Assembly (NCBI GenBank): GCA_030324005.1
Contig: JARDVH010000163.1
Coordinates: 93,785,642-93,849,641, forward strand
From: Negaprion brevirostris
Lineage: Eukaryota
Reading direction: 5' to 3'
DNA length: 64,000 nt
Shown: piece by piece, positions 1 through 12,093 of the stretch
Position numbering within the stretch: position 1 is the first letter of the stretch
How the letters are laid out: the number at the start of each line of letters is the position of its first letter
Program-made: the position numbers and the translations under genes
The notes under the pieces: model-generated
Told to the model about the DNA's origin: nothing
Databases searched by the model: none
What the model saw: the letters and a program-made list of their open reading frames with translations, nothing else

Positions 1-270
1 TGGGGCCCGGGCACTCCTACACAATCGAGACATCAGGGGGTGAAAGAGAATGTGGAGCGTGGGGGGAACGCAGTCACTTATTTCACATCAGCCCCCAGAA
101 TGTCCCAGCCGTCCAAAAAGAGCTTGAAAACTTTTTGCGTTAAGATAAAATTCAACCTTGAGCCACTTTACGTTTGAGTCATTAGGATCACATCTGCCTA
201 GTCCATTCTTAACAAGTTGAGGCATAAAGATTGATCAGAAGTTTCTCGCCTTGAGCGTGTCTGTGTAGGC
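1..270. promoter_or_regulatory. GC/CpG-richer segment, possible downstream shore of a CpG-island promoter or first exon lying upstream of the window
   Basis: Several CpGs and GC-rich runs (ggggcccggg, gagcgtggggggaacg, cagccgtc) give way to AT-rich, CpG-poor sequence after about 300. Confidence 0.35.
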
Positions 271-1449
271 ACTTACACTATAGATGTATGTATGCAATCT
301 CATAAGCAGTTTTATAGAAACATTTCAGTAACAAAGTCAAATATTTATTAAGTGCATTGCAGAGGTTTTGTCTTTAAGGAAAGTGGTTATGTGCCAGGTA
401 CTGACGGTAGATTTTCGTTGGGCAAAACTGCTGAAGTGTAATTTTATTACCTATTGCAAAAGCATGGTTGCCATAAGATTAAGCAGTACTTCACTGATAC
501 AAAATACAACTTTGCAAAAAAAAGGTGGTGCCACATCTGAAGTATTTATAACCAGATTTAGCATGCACTGATAGTAGCTCGCATCACAGTGGAACAAATT
601 GAGACTTGGTGAAGTTTTAGTCATAGCTGGAATTTGCCAGAACTTTTCTTTTAAAATGACAGGGCAGCATTCAGCTAGACTTCATCTACTTTTTCTAAAG
701 AGACTGACACCAGCTAAGTTTAAAGTTCAGGTAAACAATGTGCAAAGTGTGATAAAGAAGTGTAAAATTAAGTATCAATATGATATCTGCAGAGGTTGAT
801 TATCTTAATTTTCATAAAAGTCTAGGTATCTCATATAAAAAAATCTAGCTTTCATCTGAGAAATTGCAATGAGACAGCATATTTTAATAAACCTCACGTC
901 TATATATTTAAGTGAAACCCATGGAAGTATATCATGTCTGTAATTTGCTTAAGTGTATACAATTTATTGAATTAAGTTCTTACATTGACACCATTTATAA
1001 TTACTTGAAGTGTAAACAATTTCAAAAGCCAACACCATTTCCCGTCTATAGATACTACATCCAGTTATTTCTATGTCTGTTTGCTATAATGTAATATTGT
1101 AACAGGTTGTACAGGGACTTCTCTTTATTTGTAGCTGTTAGTGTACTTTAAATCATAAAAACGATGAATTGGAGAATAATGAAAAAGTTGGCAGATAATT
1201 GAGAAGGGCCGCCTAAAAAAAAAAGTAATTAACCAACTTTGAGAGGAATGTAATGATGTTTTAAAATTTTATCTGTGCTCTTTAAAAGTCGTTTGATTTT
1301 TATAAAACTGGATGACAAAAAATAATGCTGTGTTTGTTAGGCAAGATTGGGGTGAGCATGTTGAACCTGTCAATCAGTAACAGAGTCTTCCTTTTTGTGG
1401 TGGTTGAGTCACTTGCTTTGCACTGTTGTGGCTGTACGTTTGAGTCACA

Positions 1450-1545
1450 GCATAAGCTGACATTAGAAAATATCAACTGTGTGGTCCAGCGAAGGACTGG
1501 GGCCCTACTGGACCATATGAACAATTTGAGCACTCACTGAACTAA
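1450..1545 (-). mobile_element. Highly diverged head fragment of the old AmnSINE2-like SINE
   Basis: ggccctactggaccatatga...cactcactgaac resembles the reverse-complemented head of the other copies (6030-6095, 51740-51810). Confidence 0.3.
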
Positions 1546-2887
1546 ATAAAGTTGCACAAACTGAAGATCTGTGATTGCGGGAGCAGTTAGAAACTTTAAA
1601 CCTTGTGAGTTGTATATTGTCTGAGAAATGTATTCATTTTGGCTATACCAGTAGCACCTTGTGACAATTTACATTAATGCTGAACCACACGTACAATGAA
1701 ACGAGTTGCACACTTTCAATAGTATAATACATTGACAAATCTGAGGTGTTTGCAATAATTATTGTTTTACTTCATATATGGTTGGTTAACCTTATTAATG
1801 ATAATCAGAACAGTTTGCAATTTACGGTATTTCATTTTTAATTACGAATCAGAGTCCTTTTTCAGTTGATATGGATTCAAATAATAAATGAATATCAATA
1901 CATTAATATTTGACAAATATGCATTTTGCCATATTAGATGTACATTAACAGCTATTTGCCATTTTATGGCAAATAATCAGTATTCATACCTTTACATAAA
2001 TTCACAAAATTGCTGGACAAGCAATCCCTAGTAAAAAAGTAATTGGCTGTTAATGAATAAAGTTGGCATTAGATATTAGAGAATTAATGATTTTTGAGAA
2101 TGGTACATTAGCAGAGTGCTGACAGACCTAATTACATGTAAAGTAAGATGTAGATATATGGTTTTGTATCTGCAGATCAATATACTGTACTTCCCAAAAG
2201 AATACCAGATTCTCTAGAGGATTGTTTTAATATAATAGTTCAGTTTGACTGTTTGCCAATGGCCTTTGTCAACCAGCAATAACATTTTGAATAGGTTTTA
2301 AACCACTTTCAAATGTTGACGAAGCCTGTATACATTGTTTTCTTTTTGCTTCTTAAGTATATGAAGTAAATATTTTTCTAAGTTTACTTCCTCCGGATCT
2401 ATGACAGTGAATTGTTTATCACTTACTTTGGCATCAGAAAGTTTCTTTTGGTGTACCACATGGATGTTGTTTAGATGCAAATATGAAAGAAATCTTTTCT
2501 CTGTTTTTGCACGCAAGCTGAACTGATAGAGAAAGGGTTAATGATGCGTGACTTCTGAATGCCAGCAGCACATTCTGTGAAAACTAATAGGCTTACATGA
2601 GAGTGGTTGCAGCTAAAGTACCATTTGATTACTTTCACTCTAAGATGGTTATTTACTGAGATCTGACAGTAGTTTTCATATGTTGAGGTGTGTCTTTATT
2701 TTTGAGGTTATTAGAACAGTACATTTTAACTCCAGAAATTGTTTTGATTTATTTATTTGATTTTCCGTATTTGATAGAATATGTAGTCACTTAGCATCAG
2801 TTTAAAATCATTGATTTGTTGTATTATTTTGTATGATCAAACAACAGTTTATTTTGAATGTATCTCCAAATATTTTAAATTCATATT

Positions 2888-2998
2888 CTGGATTCGAATA
2901 TTCTGGATTATTCAATTATGAAGTTGAAATGTCAGCTCTTTTCTCTCCTTACACTTGCTGCAAGACCTGCTGAGATTTTCCAGCATTTCCTCTTTTGG
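2888..2998. mobile_element. Penelope-type terminal-repeat fragment flanked by a 15-bp direct repeat
   Basis: Contains gctgcaagacctgctgagattttccagcatt, shared with 11268-11367, 11857-12093, 47141-47335 and 63621-63744. ttttaaattcatatt occurs at 2873-2887 and 2999-3013. Confidence 0.7.
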
Positions 2999-5799
2999 TT
3001 TTAAATTCATATTTGGTTTATTTCACACAAAGATCTGGAAACTGAGGATTCTGTGTTGAAAGTAGACCAGAAACAATTTCATTCCATCTTCGATTATAGT
3101 GTTGTTTCACTTGGTTCCAACTGTAGACTAAAAGCTTATTTCTGTCAAATTTTCTGGCTTAAAAAAACAACTCCATNNNNNNNNNNNNNNNNNNNNNNNN
3201 NNNNNNNNNNNNNNNNNNNNNNNNNNNNNNNATGAATTCAAATTTGAGTGTTTGTAAATATAACACTATCTGTTTACACTGCGTCCAGAAGGCCTGCTGG
3301 CAATCCATTTATGATAATATGCCATAATAACTTTTTTCCATATATAGTCCGAACACAGAAATATTATATATTATTGCACTTTGTCATTATCTATGATTGA
3401 CAGCCAGCCTTACAGACCCAGTGTAAACAGTGAATGTGATTTGCTGCAATGATTGAAGTTTTAACAGCTTCAAAATGGAAAGAATTGGAATTGTATTCTT
3501 TTTCCACCCTAAGAGACTACATAATTTTTTGTGGACTGTTGATAAACTATAGTAACGGTTGTGTGGGCGATGCAGTTTTAAGAAGCTCCGCAATGTTAGC
3601 AAAATCTTACCATATTAAGGATGGTTCACAAAAGCACATTCAGAAGTTTAACACTTCGTTTCTATGCATCTAAAACAAGCTTAGTGAATGATTAAAGGCT
3701 TGGAAAGCTTTGGGGGAAAAGGAAGCAAAATCATTCCATTGTTACAAACTATATTGCTTAATTTATAGAAAAATAAAAGTTTAAATTACTGACTTATTGA
3801 ACTGATTAGTTCTTCATCAAATATGTGAATTTGATGTCCAGTAAATTATATTCCAATGAAGAGTGTAATTGAAATTAGGATACTGTATATTACAAGGAAA
3901 TTGATTGACTTTGTTATTAATTAACAATACCAATGATATTGCATTACAGAGACACAGGCAGAAGGTATACTTATTAAATGGTTTGTAAATTATGCTTTAA
4001 GATGCTGGAATGTCTTCATAGTAAAGTTGAAACATACCTGTGAGACATCTGCCAAGGTCATCTGAAATCTCATTGGCACCTGAAATCGTGGTTGTTGGGC
4101 GAGTAGACAGCACCACTGCATTCACAACAAAAACTGTTGGTATTTCAAACTGAAAATATACTTCACTTTTACAGGCATTTTCTTTTGAATGCAAGCAAAC
4201 CTGACAGAAATATTTGCAGTATTATTATAGTACAATGATTGTTGTCATGTGCCCATTACCATGTCACTGAACCAGTCACACACCCACTGCTGATGGCTTT
4301 GGTCCGGTGAGTCAGTGTCAATTTCTAGTCTGATCAGTTGAAGAAATACATTTGTTTTAGTTTAAATTAGTTTTTTGACACTTGGAAGTAAGTAAATAAT
4401 AATCAACTTTTCAAATAAGTCACCAGCTTTTGTATTGACCAAACATGGGGTATGTGAAAAGTTGCAAATCTCCAATCATGTACATCACAGCTTAATTTGA
4501 ATTTTAAAATATTTCCTATCAGCTGGGAAATATTAATGTATTTTTTTAAATGACCGAATCTTTAAGGAATGGAACATAAATGCTTGTTAATTTTAAAGTT
4601 TCCCTGTACGTAGTAATGTATAAGCTTTAAACAATGCTGAGGGACTTTTGCCTGACTGCTTCAAAGCAGGTAACATGCATACAGTAATTTTATTAGTAAT
4701 CTGTGCAACCTTGATTACACACGCCCTACGTTTGCATTTCGATTGCAATAGATAGAATCAAGCCTTAACCTGGTGACGGAATCTACACTGAGCTTTTAAT
4801 ATTTAACACACTTTGTGTCCCACCCACAACGAAATTAATTGAGATAATTGGCACCTGATTTTTTTTAAAAAAGCTAGCCACTACGCTTATTAAAAAATGC
4901 TAAATGATTGTAATTTGAAAAGCACCTTTATGCTTGAAAGAGCTGTTTAGCTGCAAGCAAAATTTAAAGGTTAGAAACACAGGAACAAATAGACACGGTT
5001 AATCTAACAATGCGTTTAACTATTTTAAAGCTCATTTAACACCAGTGAGTTCATTTTGGTTTAGTTTGGTTTTGGAGCACATTTTATGCACATTTGTCAC
5101 GGTAAATTCCATCCCCTCCCCTTGGAAAAAAGAATGCAACACTTCATCTTAAATTGATTTTTACACTGCATTGTGCTACAGCTAGTTATTTTAAAACTTG
5201 CTTATCAAAAGTTACATTTGAAACCAAATTTATTCTTAAGATTTTTGTATTTTGTAGTTCAGGTTAAATTTAAAACCATAAGGATGAAATTCTGATCTNN
5301 NNNNNNNNNNNNNNNNNNNNNNNNNNNNNNNNNNNNNNNNNNNNNNNNNNNNNNNNNNNNNNNNNNNNNGTCCAGAGAAGATTGATTTTCTTCTAGGTAT
5401 GGGGGTTGCTGAGATAGGCCATTCTGTGCCTTGAGAGGACTTTCCCAGACCTTTCGTTCTGGCATAGTCTTCACTGATGTATCTTTACAGACCCTAGTCA
5501 CCACCCCATGTATGTCTCCATAATTTAGGATGGGGGGGGGTCTGTGGACCTTGATATTTGTAAGTTCCACTGTACAGAACCAGAACTTTGATCCCCAAAT
5601 GTCCAAATATTTGCTTTACTAAGTTCATACCATTCATGCAGCAAGATTGAATGTGAATACAATTTATATTTTAAATTACGACCAAATTTAAGTAAAAAGA
5701 ACACATACATTTTTCTTACAAGTTTGTTCCTGTCTTTCGTTTACTTACTAACATGGTTCTACTGACACTGATTGACCTTCTTTATTCCTGGTGGCAATT

Positions 5800-6095
5800 G
5801 GCAGTGTGTGAGCTTTAACAGTTTTGACAACCTGTTCTACTGGGGAGACAGGGGAATATCACAGCAGACCCCAGTCTATTTTCAGTTGGCTTCCAACAAG
5901 GGTCATTGCTTAGTTGTGTGTTTTCCCTAGCCAAATTTCCCCTTCCTAACCCAGGGACAGTGAGGCCAGTTGTCAGGCTCTGTTGTTTCCTAGCTGAGGT
6001 AAGCTAACGTAGCCCAGATTGAGAGCTTGGTTCCTTACTGCTCTATAGGACTCGGCTACTTATTGGGTAAGTGCACTGAATGATCAGGAGAGCCC
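5800..6095 (-). mobile_element. Old tRNA-derived SINE, AmnSINE2-like
   Basis: ttcccttcctaacccagggacagtgaggccagttgt...tagctgaggtaagctaac is the reverse complement of motifs in the + copy at 25865-26145 (ttagctgatctca, cccctgggttag). Confidence 0.65.
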
Positions 6096-7899
6096 ACATA
6101 AATGACTTAAACACAGATTGCATATGAAATAGGATTGCTGGCAGGCTGCTTTCATTATGATGTTTCCTTTGGAAAAGTCAATTTATGGGACAGTGCAGTT
6201 TAATAAAAATGCTGTTTGCATGTGTGTAATGTATTAGCTTTTGCCACATTGTCTCTTGTGGCTCCTTGCTAGTCGTAGTGTGTTAATTCAACAAGCTCAG
6301 TATCCGATAGGTATCTGTCCAGAACAAATGTGCCCATTTGGTTTAAACCTCAGTAAATGGACATCTTGAGTTTTGGACTATGGTCTATAAATAATGGAAC
6401 AAAGGTGCAATTTTAGATTAAATCATCCTTGATAATCAGTCACATAGTGTAATGCAGCTTTTGAATAGCAAATTTAATTACACATGTGTAGTAAAATGTA
6501 TCATTACAATGTAGTGTACCAAGAGATACTCTCATTCAGTGACAAACATTACAACCATTGTATCACAGTATATACCATATAAACATCTCGTTTCCTACCT
6601 CTAGTTGTTCTGAGCTTTTTCTCACAGNNNNNNNNNNNNNNNNNNNNNNNNNNNNNNNNNNNNNNNNNNNNNNNNNNNNNNNNNNNNNNNNNNNNNNNNN
6701 NNNNNNNNNNNNNNNNNNNNNNNNNNNCAATGTATTTACTGAATCAAAATACTGTTAAACCAGTAGTTTGATTTTGCTAGATGTAGACAGATGTACAAGA
6801 TGTGACAATATAAATAACAAAAGAGATGTTAACAAAATGTTGAGTGCAATTAATGGGAGTTGTACTTGAAAAGGTAGAAAAAACTTTGCTGTGCTATTGA
6901 GAGGAAATGGAAACTGGGTTCAGTAAGCAACATGCAATTAGACTTCACAGAAATGTCACACTGTGTATGTCATTTGTAGCTATCTACCTATCTATAGATA
7001 ATACATATATATATATTACTTATAATGTCTGCTGGGAACCACATCTTCCGAAGTCAACTGAACATAGAAATAAACAACTTAATTTGTTTTTACTGGTCAC
7101 TATTCAAGATTAATATAGATTTTTGGAATCTGTCATTGAATTTCTTTTCCTTGGTTGCTTATCACCTTTCCATTTCTTGATTAGGTCTTTCAATAGGAGG
7201 TTGCAGTGGAATAAGTTAGGCTTCCAAAAGCAAAACAGAAAGATGGGAGGGAAAGATAATTTGTAGATTGATGATGGAAATAAAATTGAAAGAATCAAAG
7301 TAGTGAGAACAATATTGAATATAGCGACTGGTAATGGGCGGATTACTATACACTTGTAATATCCTGGTGAATCAACGCAACTACATAAAATAGGTTAAGA
7401 TTGTTACTTGTATTACATTGGATCAGCAGGACTGTTGAAATTAACTACATCTGTTGACATTGAATCAACTATTAGCAATGGAATAGTTTGTTTATTTTTG
7501 TCAAACATTACTAACATCAAAATTGTGGAACTAAGAATGATCTCTGAGCTCTGTTGTTAAATTGTGATGTGCCTAACTTCTTCCAAACTCAGCACAAGAA
7601 TTGGCTATTTCTATTTCAAGTTCAAGAATATTGCATGCTTCATCAGTTTCTTAGTGTGTACACAGATCTCCTAATTCACTACTGTTTTGAGCAGGCACTT
7701 GCTATACATAAAAGTTTTCTCATCCTTTTGGTTACTGGTAAATTTTATGGTAATTAGACATAGGTCACAAANNNNNNNNNNNNTTTATCTCCATATTAGA
7801 GTTAATTGGTTATATATAGCTTGAGGGATGTTACTTTTCATTTCACTTCTGTTAAATGCAGGGACATCTGTCCACAACTGTGGGGTGGGGCAAAGATAC

Positions 7900-7998
7900 A
7901 GGCCTCCACAAATTACCACAGCCAGTACAGAGATTGAACCCATTAAATGTTGGCATTACTCTGCATCACACTCTAGCCATCTAGCCAACTCAGCTAAC
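7900..7998 (-). mobile_element. tRNA-derived SINE head of a separate family
   Basis: The minus strand reads gttagctgagttggctagatggc...gggttcaatctctgtactggc, giving a Pol III A-box and B-box without a tRNA cloverleaf. Confidence 0.65.
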
Positions 7999-10661
7999 AA
8001 ATAATTTATCCCAAACAGAATAATCAAAGGATTTGCAACCACTTACAGGGCAGTCCCTTTCCTTCAGATGATTAGGTGACACCACAGAACTTCAGCATTT
8101 GGCTAAATTGTAACCCTCACAAAATATACCTCAGATAGAAAGATCTCCTTACAGTGCAAAATAAGCAGGCTCAGAATGATTGTGTATCTGACAAAATGAC
8201 AGCACTGTTCAGTTGCTATTTTCTGTGTATGGCAGAGTAAAATTTCACATTCGCAAGAGGATTGTGGTGATGTATTAATCCTTGCATTCTGACCAATGTC
8301 TGTCTTGCAATGGTAGTGTATTTTGTACCTGGTTATGAACCTTATTTTACTGCATGCTCCATTTTTTTGTAAGGTGAAAAGCAGAATGTTACCATTATTA
8401 ATAGAAACCAATGCTCGTTCTTCTGGTTATAATGGCTTCCCACAGCTTCATAGGGACCACTTAGAAGAGAAAGCACACATCATTGCAGCATTGTCCCAAC
8501 TTCTGTGCATTTTAGCTTGTGAAGCATATGGTTAAGATCTTAGCAAGTAAATCTGTAGGGTTACTGGAGATACATACATTCTAATTGATCATGCAGTTGT
8601 ACATTTCTTTTAACTTATATTTCAGAAACAGCGCTGCGTAAAGTTGTATGTTGCTCTATTTGAATTGTAGGTGGGGAGAAAAGCTGCATTTAATGGAAGT
8701 GACATGAAAAGTAAAATATAAAAGAGAGGAAAAGTAGAAAAAATGGANNNNNNNNNNNNNNNNNNNNNNNNNNNNNNNNNNNNNNNNNNNNNNNNNNNNN
8801 NNNNNNNNNNNNNNNNNNNNNNNNNNNNNNNNNNNNNNNNNNNNNNNNNNNNNNNNNNNNNNNNNNNNNNNNNNNNNNNNCCAACCCCACGCCACCAGTT
8901 CAGCTCATCCAATCAAGCAAATGGTGGACAATTAGTGACTCTCTAGTAAGAAGGGGGCCAATTAGAGGTGTAAAAGGAAGGGAGCGGGGGGCTCTGGGCT
9001 GAGTTAGGATTGTGTACCAAGACAGAGGGGTAATGCTGCAAATGGGATGTTAGTCGTGTTGACAAGTTTAAAGGGCCCTTGCTCTCCAAATGTCTCTTTA
9101 TATTTTATTGAAGGCTCAGAAAAAGTTGGAAAAAAATATGCAAACGTTGTCACCTTCACTAGTAGAATCTGCTGATACATTCAGCCTTTGTCCTGGAGAC
9201 AAGCCTTTGCTTCCGCTCTTGTGTCACCTTGACATTGTGGGCGTAAAATATTCCTAAACCTTTTCATGGCCGAGGTCCGAAAATGTGGCGGGCAATGAAA
9301 AAGTTCAGACAATTGAGTTGTTAACAAACTCAGTAACTTGCTAATTAGTAATTTCAAAATGGTGGGTAGGCTGTCAGTTTTCTGCACCCGCATATCTTCT
9401 GTAATTTTGGAGACTGCTGTGATGATCTTGTGTTGCTGATCTAATATCACAGCACCCTATTTCCTACAGGTGGGTCAGCCTACCTAATCTGTGGATGTAA
9501 AATCTAGCTCCAGGAGAAATAAAGCAGATGGTTTGAATAAAGGAGTAGTTTTCTTTAAAAAAAGCTAGCCATTCCAAACCTGACCTTCAGTTAATAAGTA
9601 GATACTTGTAACTTTTGCTGTTGGGTTCCTTGTTTATTCTAGGACATGTGACATTCTTATGCCACTAACACAAAACCAGTAACATTCCAAGGGTGTTCCA
9701 GCCTTTCACATTCATGACCAGTTCTGTCAAGACATGCTTATTGATTTGTGCATACTCAGCAGAACACAAACAATAGCAGATTTAACTTCTCCGCTAGGCT
9801 GATGGACAGTTGCCAATCAGTGTGACTGCATTATTCACTGCTTATTTTACTGATTCGATGTCACTTATTGTTCGGAGATGTTAGTGATTAAAGATTTTTG
9901 AGTAATTGTGGGTCACTCTTTAGATTGCTGTGCTTCATTGTGATGTCTGACCATCACAAGCTTAGATCAACACTGAAAGAGGTCCTTGAAGGTATGATGT
10001 TCCGGGTCAGGGTTGTAGTCAATGAGTTACTAAGATTTTGATTTTAATTCAAGTGCAGATCTCAGGTCAGCATGATCATGTTTGAAGAAGGTTGTTAAAT
10101 ATAATCTACATTAATGGAGACTTATTGATGCACTGAGGAGAATCCTCAAATATAATATCAGAAACATATAAAAGTATGCTATTGTACGTTATGTGTTTTA
10201 CTTTCCCATAGTCAACTTGTTAAAAAGGATGTTGCAATTCATCTGGATTTGCATGGAACAATTGATATTTTCATGATATTTGTTTACATCCTGGATTGTT
10301 GTGTTTGAAGTAATAAATACAAGACTGTCTTGAAACTCAGCTTATACACCATTAGATTGAACAATGGTAAATATTCAAATGAAAATATGAATGTACAGTA
10401 ACAGCTGTGATTTATCTTTGCTCTTTGTTTCTTTATATAACTTTGTTTCTACTCATCCATTCTTCCCCTTGCCACACACCAATTTCTGTGCAAGAAACAT
10501 GAGTGACTGGGAAAAGTTACACCTTCTTGTATTTCTGCAAATATGCTCTTGAATTGACTGCTAAAGGTTGTACATGTAACTGTTTTTTTATGAATAATAA
10601 AGTGTAAAATAAAATGTTTCCTCTCCCAAAGCTTGTCTTATTTTGGAGCCATCAGAAATTT

Positions 10662-11117
10662 GGGCTGGAATTTAATGCAGAGCAGGGTGGTCTCTGCCTC
10701 CAGCTGAAAAGTTGGAACTTGTGTCTGGTCTCCACTTGGCTAGATCACTCTGCAGTGATTTAATGGCCTTTGGGTTTCAGTTGGTTCAGGGCAAGACTTA
10801 GTCCCAGCAGAACCACTCAGAGCCGTGGCCACTTCTCTTGTACTACATACAGCTGAGGAGGCATGTAGCCAAGACCCAGGTAAGTTATGGATTTCACCAG
10901 ATTGGAGGCCCTGGCAAGGGGGGGGAAGGGGGTTTGGGTTAGGACAGTAGTGGGGAGCCCATGGAAAAGGAAATACAGGGTACAAATAGGAGGGACCCCC
11001 TTCTCCGGGGCTTTTGGTGATCATCCATTGGCTGTTTACCTATGGGCCCCAATTGATCCAAGCACTGGTGCGGGCCTGGGATACTTGATGCCTCCACACC
11101 TGGTAAAATTCCACCCC
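10662..11117. mobile_element. Non-autonomous DNA transposon (MITE) with GGG-TIR, probable PIF/Harbinger type
   Basis: Left end gggctggaatttaat and right-end reverse complement ggggtggaattttac match at 12/15 positions, around a GC-rich interior in AT-rich flanks. Confidence 0.65.
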
Positions 11118-11267
11118 CACCCTTATTGTGAGGGAAAGAAAAGTAGAAAGCAAGTGTCCTGCTACTGAGTGAACTGAGATCTTGCATCACTAGGTCTTAA
11201 ACTTAAAATTGTCAATATTTTCATCATCGTTTGCCCTCTTCATCTTAATATGGCTTCCTTGCCCTTT

Positions 11268-11367
11268 GGCTCTGTTCTCTCTCCACAGCAGCTACCAGCC
11301 TGTTGAGATTTTCCAGCACTTTCTATTTTTGTTTCAGATTCCAGCGTCCACAGAATATTTTGCATTT
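11268..11367. mobile_element. Penelope-type terminal-repeat fragment
   Basis: ctctgttctctctccacag...gagattttccagcactttctatttttgtttcagattccagc matches the other copies in the window. Confidence 0.7.
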
Positions 11368-11856
11368 ATCACAGTAAAAGTGCCAGTTTGAATGAGCTCA
11401 TTGAGAAGCTTTGCTGGTTTTTGTGACACCTGCAGTTGAAGCATTTCCAAAGAAGAACAAGTATTCGGGTATCACAGTATATGCAGTAATGTGCCAGTAT
11501 GAATAAGTAGCTGGATCTGAGGAAAAATATGCTAATTTTTATATTCTCAATGAATATTGAAAACTCATCAGNNNNNNNNNNAAAAGAATTGTCACTAAGA
11601 ACTATATTTGTAAAAATATTTCCACTCTCCTTCCCTGAAGGCACTTCTGGTGTGTGTTTCCACAGGTGCTGGCTTTTAAGTGCCTCACCCAAGCAACCAT
11701 TCCTAATTCATGAGTCCAGACAATGAATGTCGGCATGATATTGAGTTGTGATGGTATCACTTCCATCCTTGATTCTGTTCTCGCCTGATATCCATGCAAA
11801 TGGATCTGGATTATAACCTCTTTTGCCACCACCCACAACCACAAAACCCCTCCCTA

Positions 11857-12093
11857 AAATAACAGCAAAATATGGTAGATGCTGCAAATCTGAAATAAAA
11901 CAGAAAGGTGCCTGAAAAACTCAGCAGGTCTGCAGCATCTATGGAGAGAGAAATAGAGTTAGTGTTTTAAATTGAAAGTGCCTTCTTTGGAGTCCTTTTG
12001 AAGAAGATTCATATTTGATTCAAAATTCCGTTTCTCTCACCACACATGTTGCCAGACCTGCTGAGTTTTTCCATTTTTTTTGGTTTTATTTCA
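11857..12093. mobile_element. Palindromic (inverted-arm) Penelope-type element
   Basis: tgaaataaaacagaaa...aaaaactcagcaggtctgcagcatctatggagagagaaatagag pairs with ccgtttctctcaccacacatgttgccagacctgctgagttttt...gttttatttca. Confidence 0.75.
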
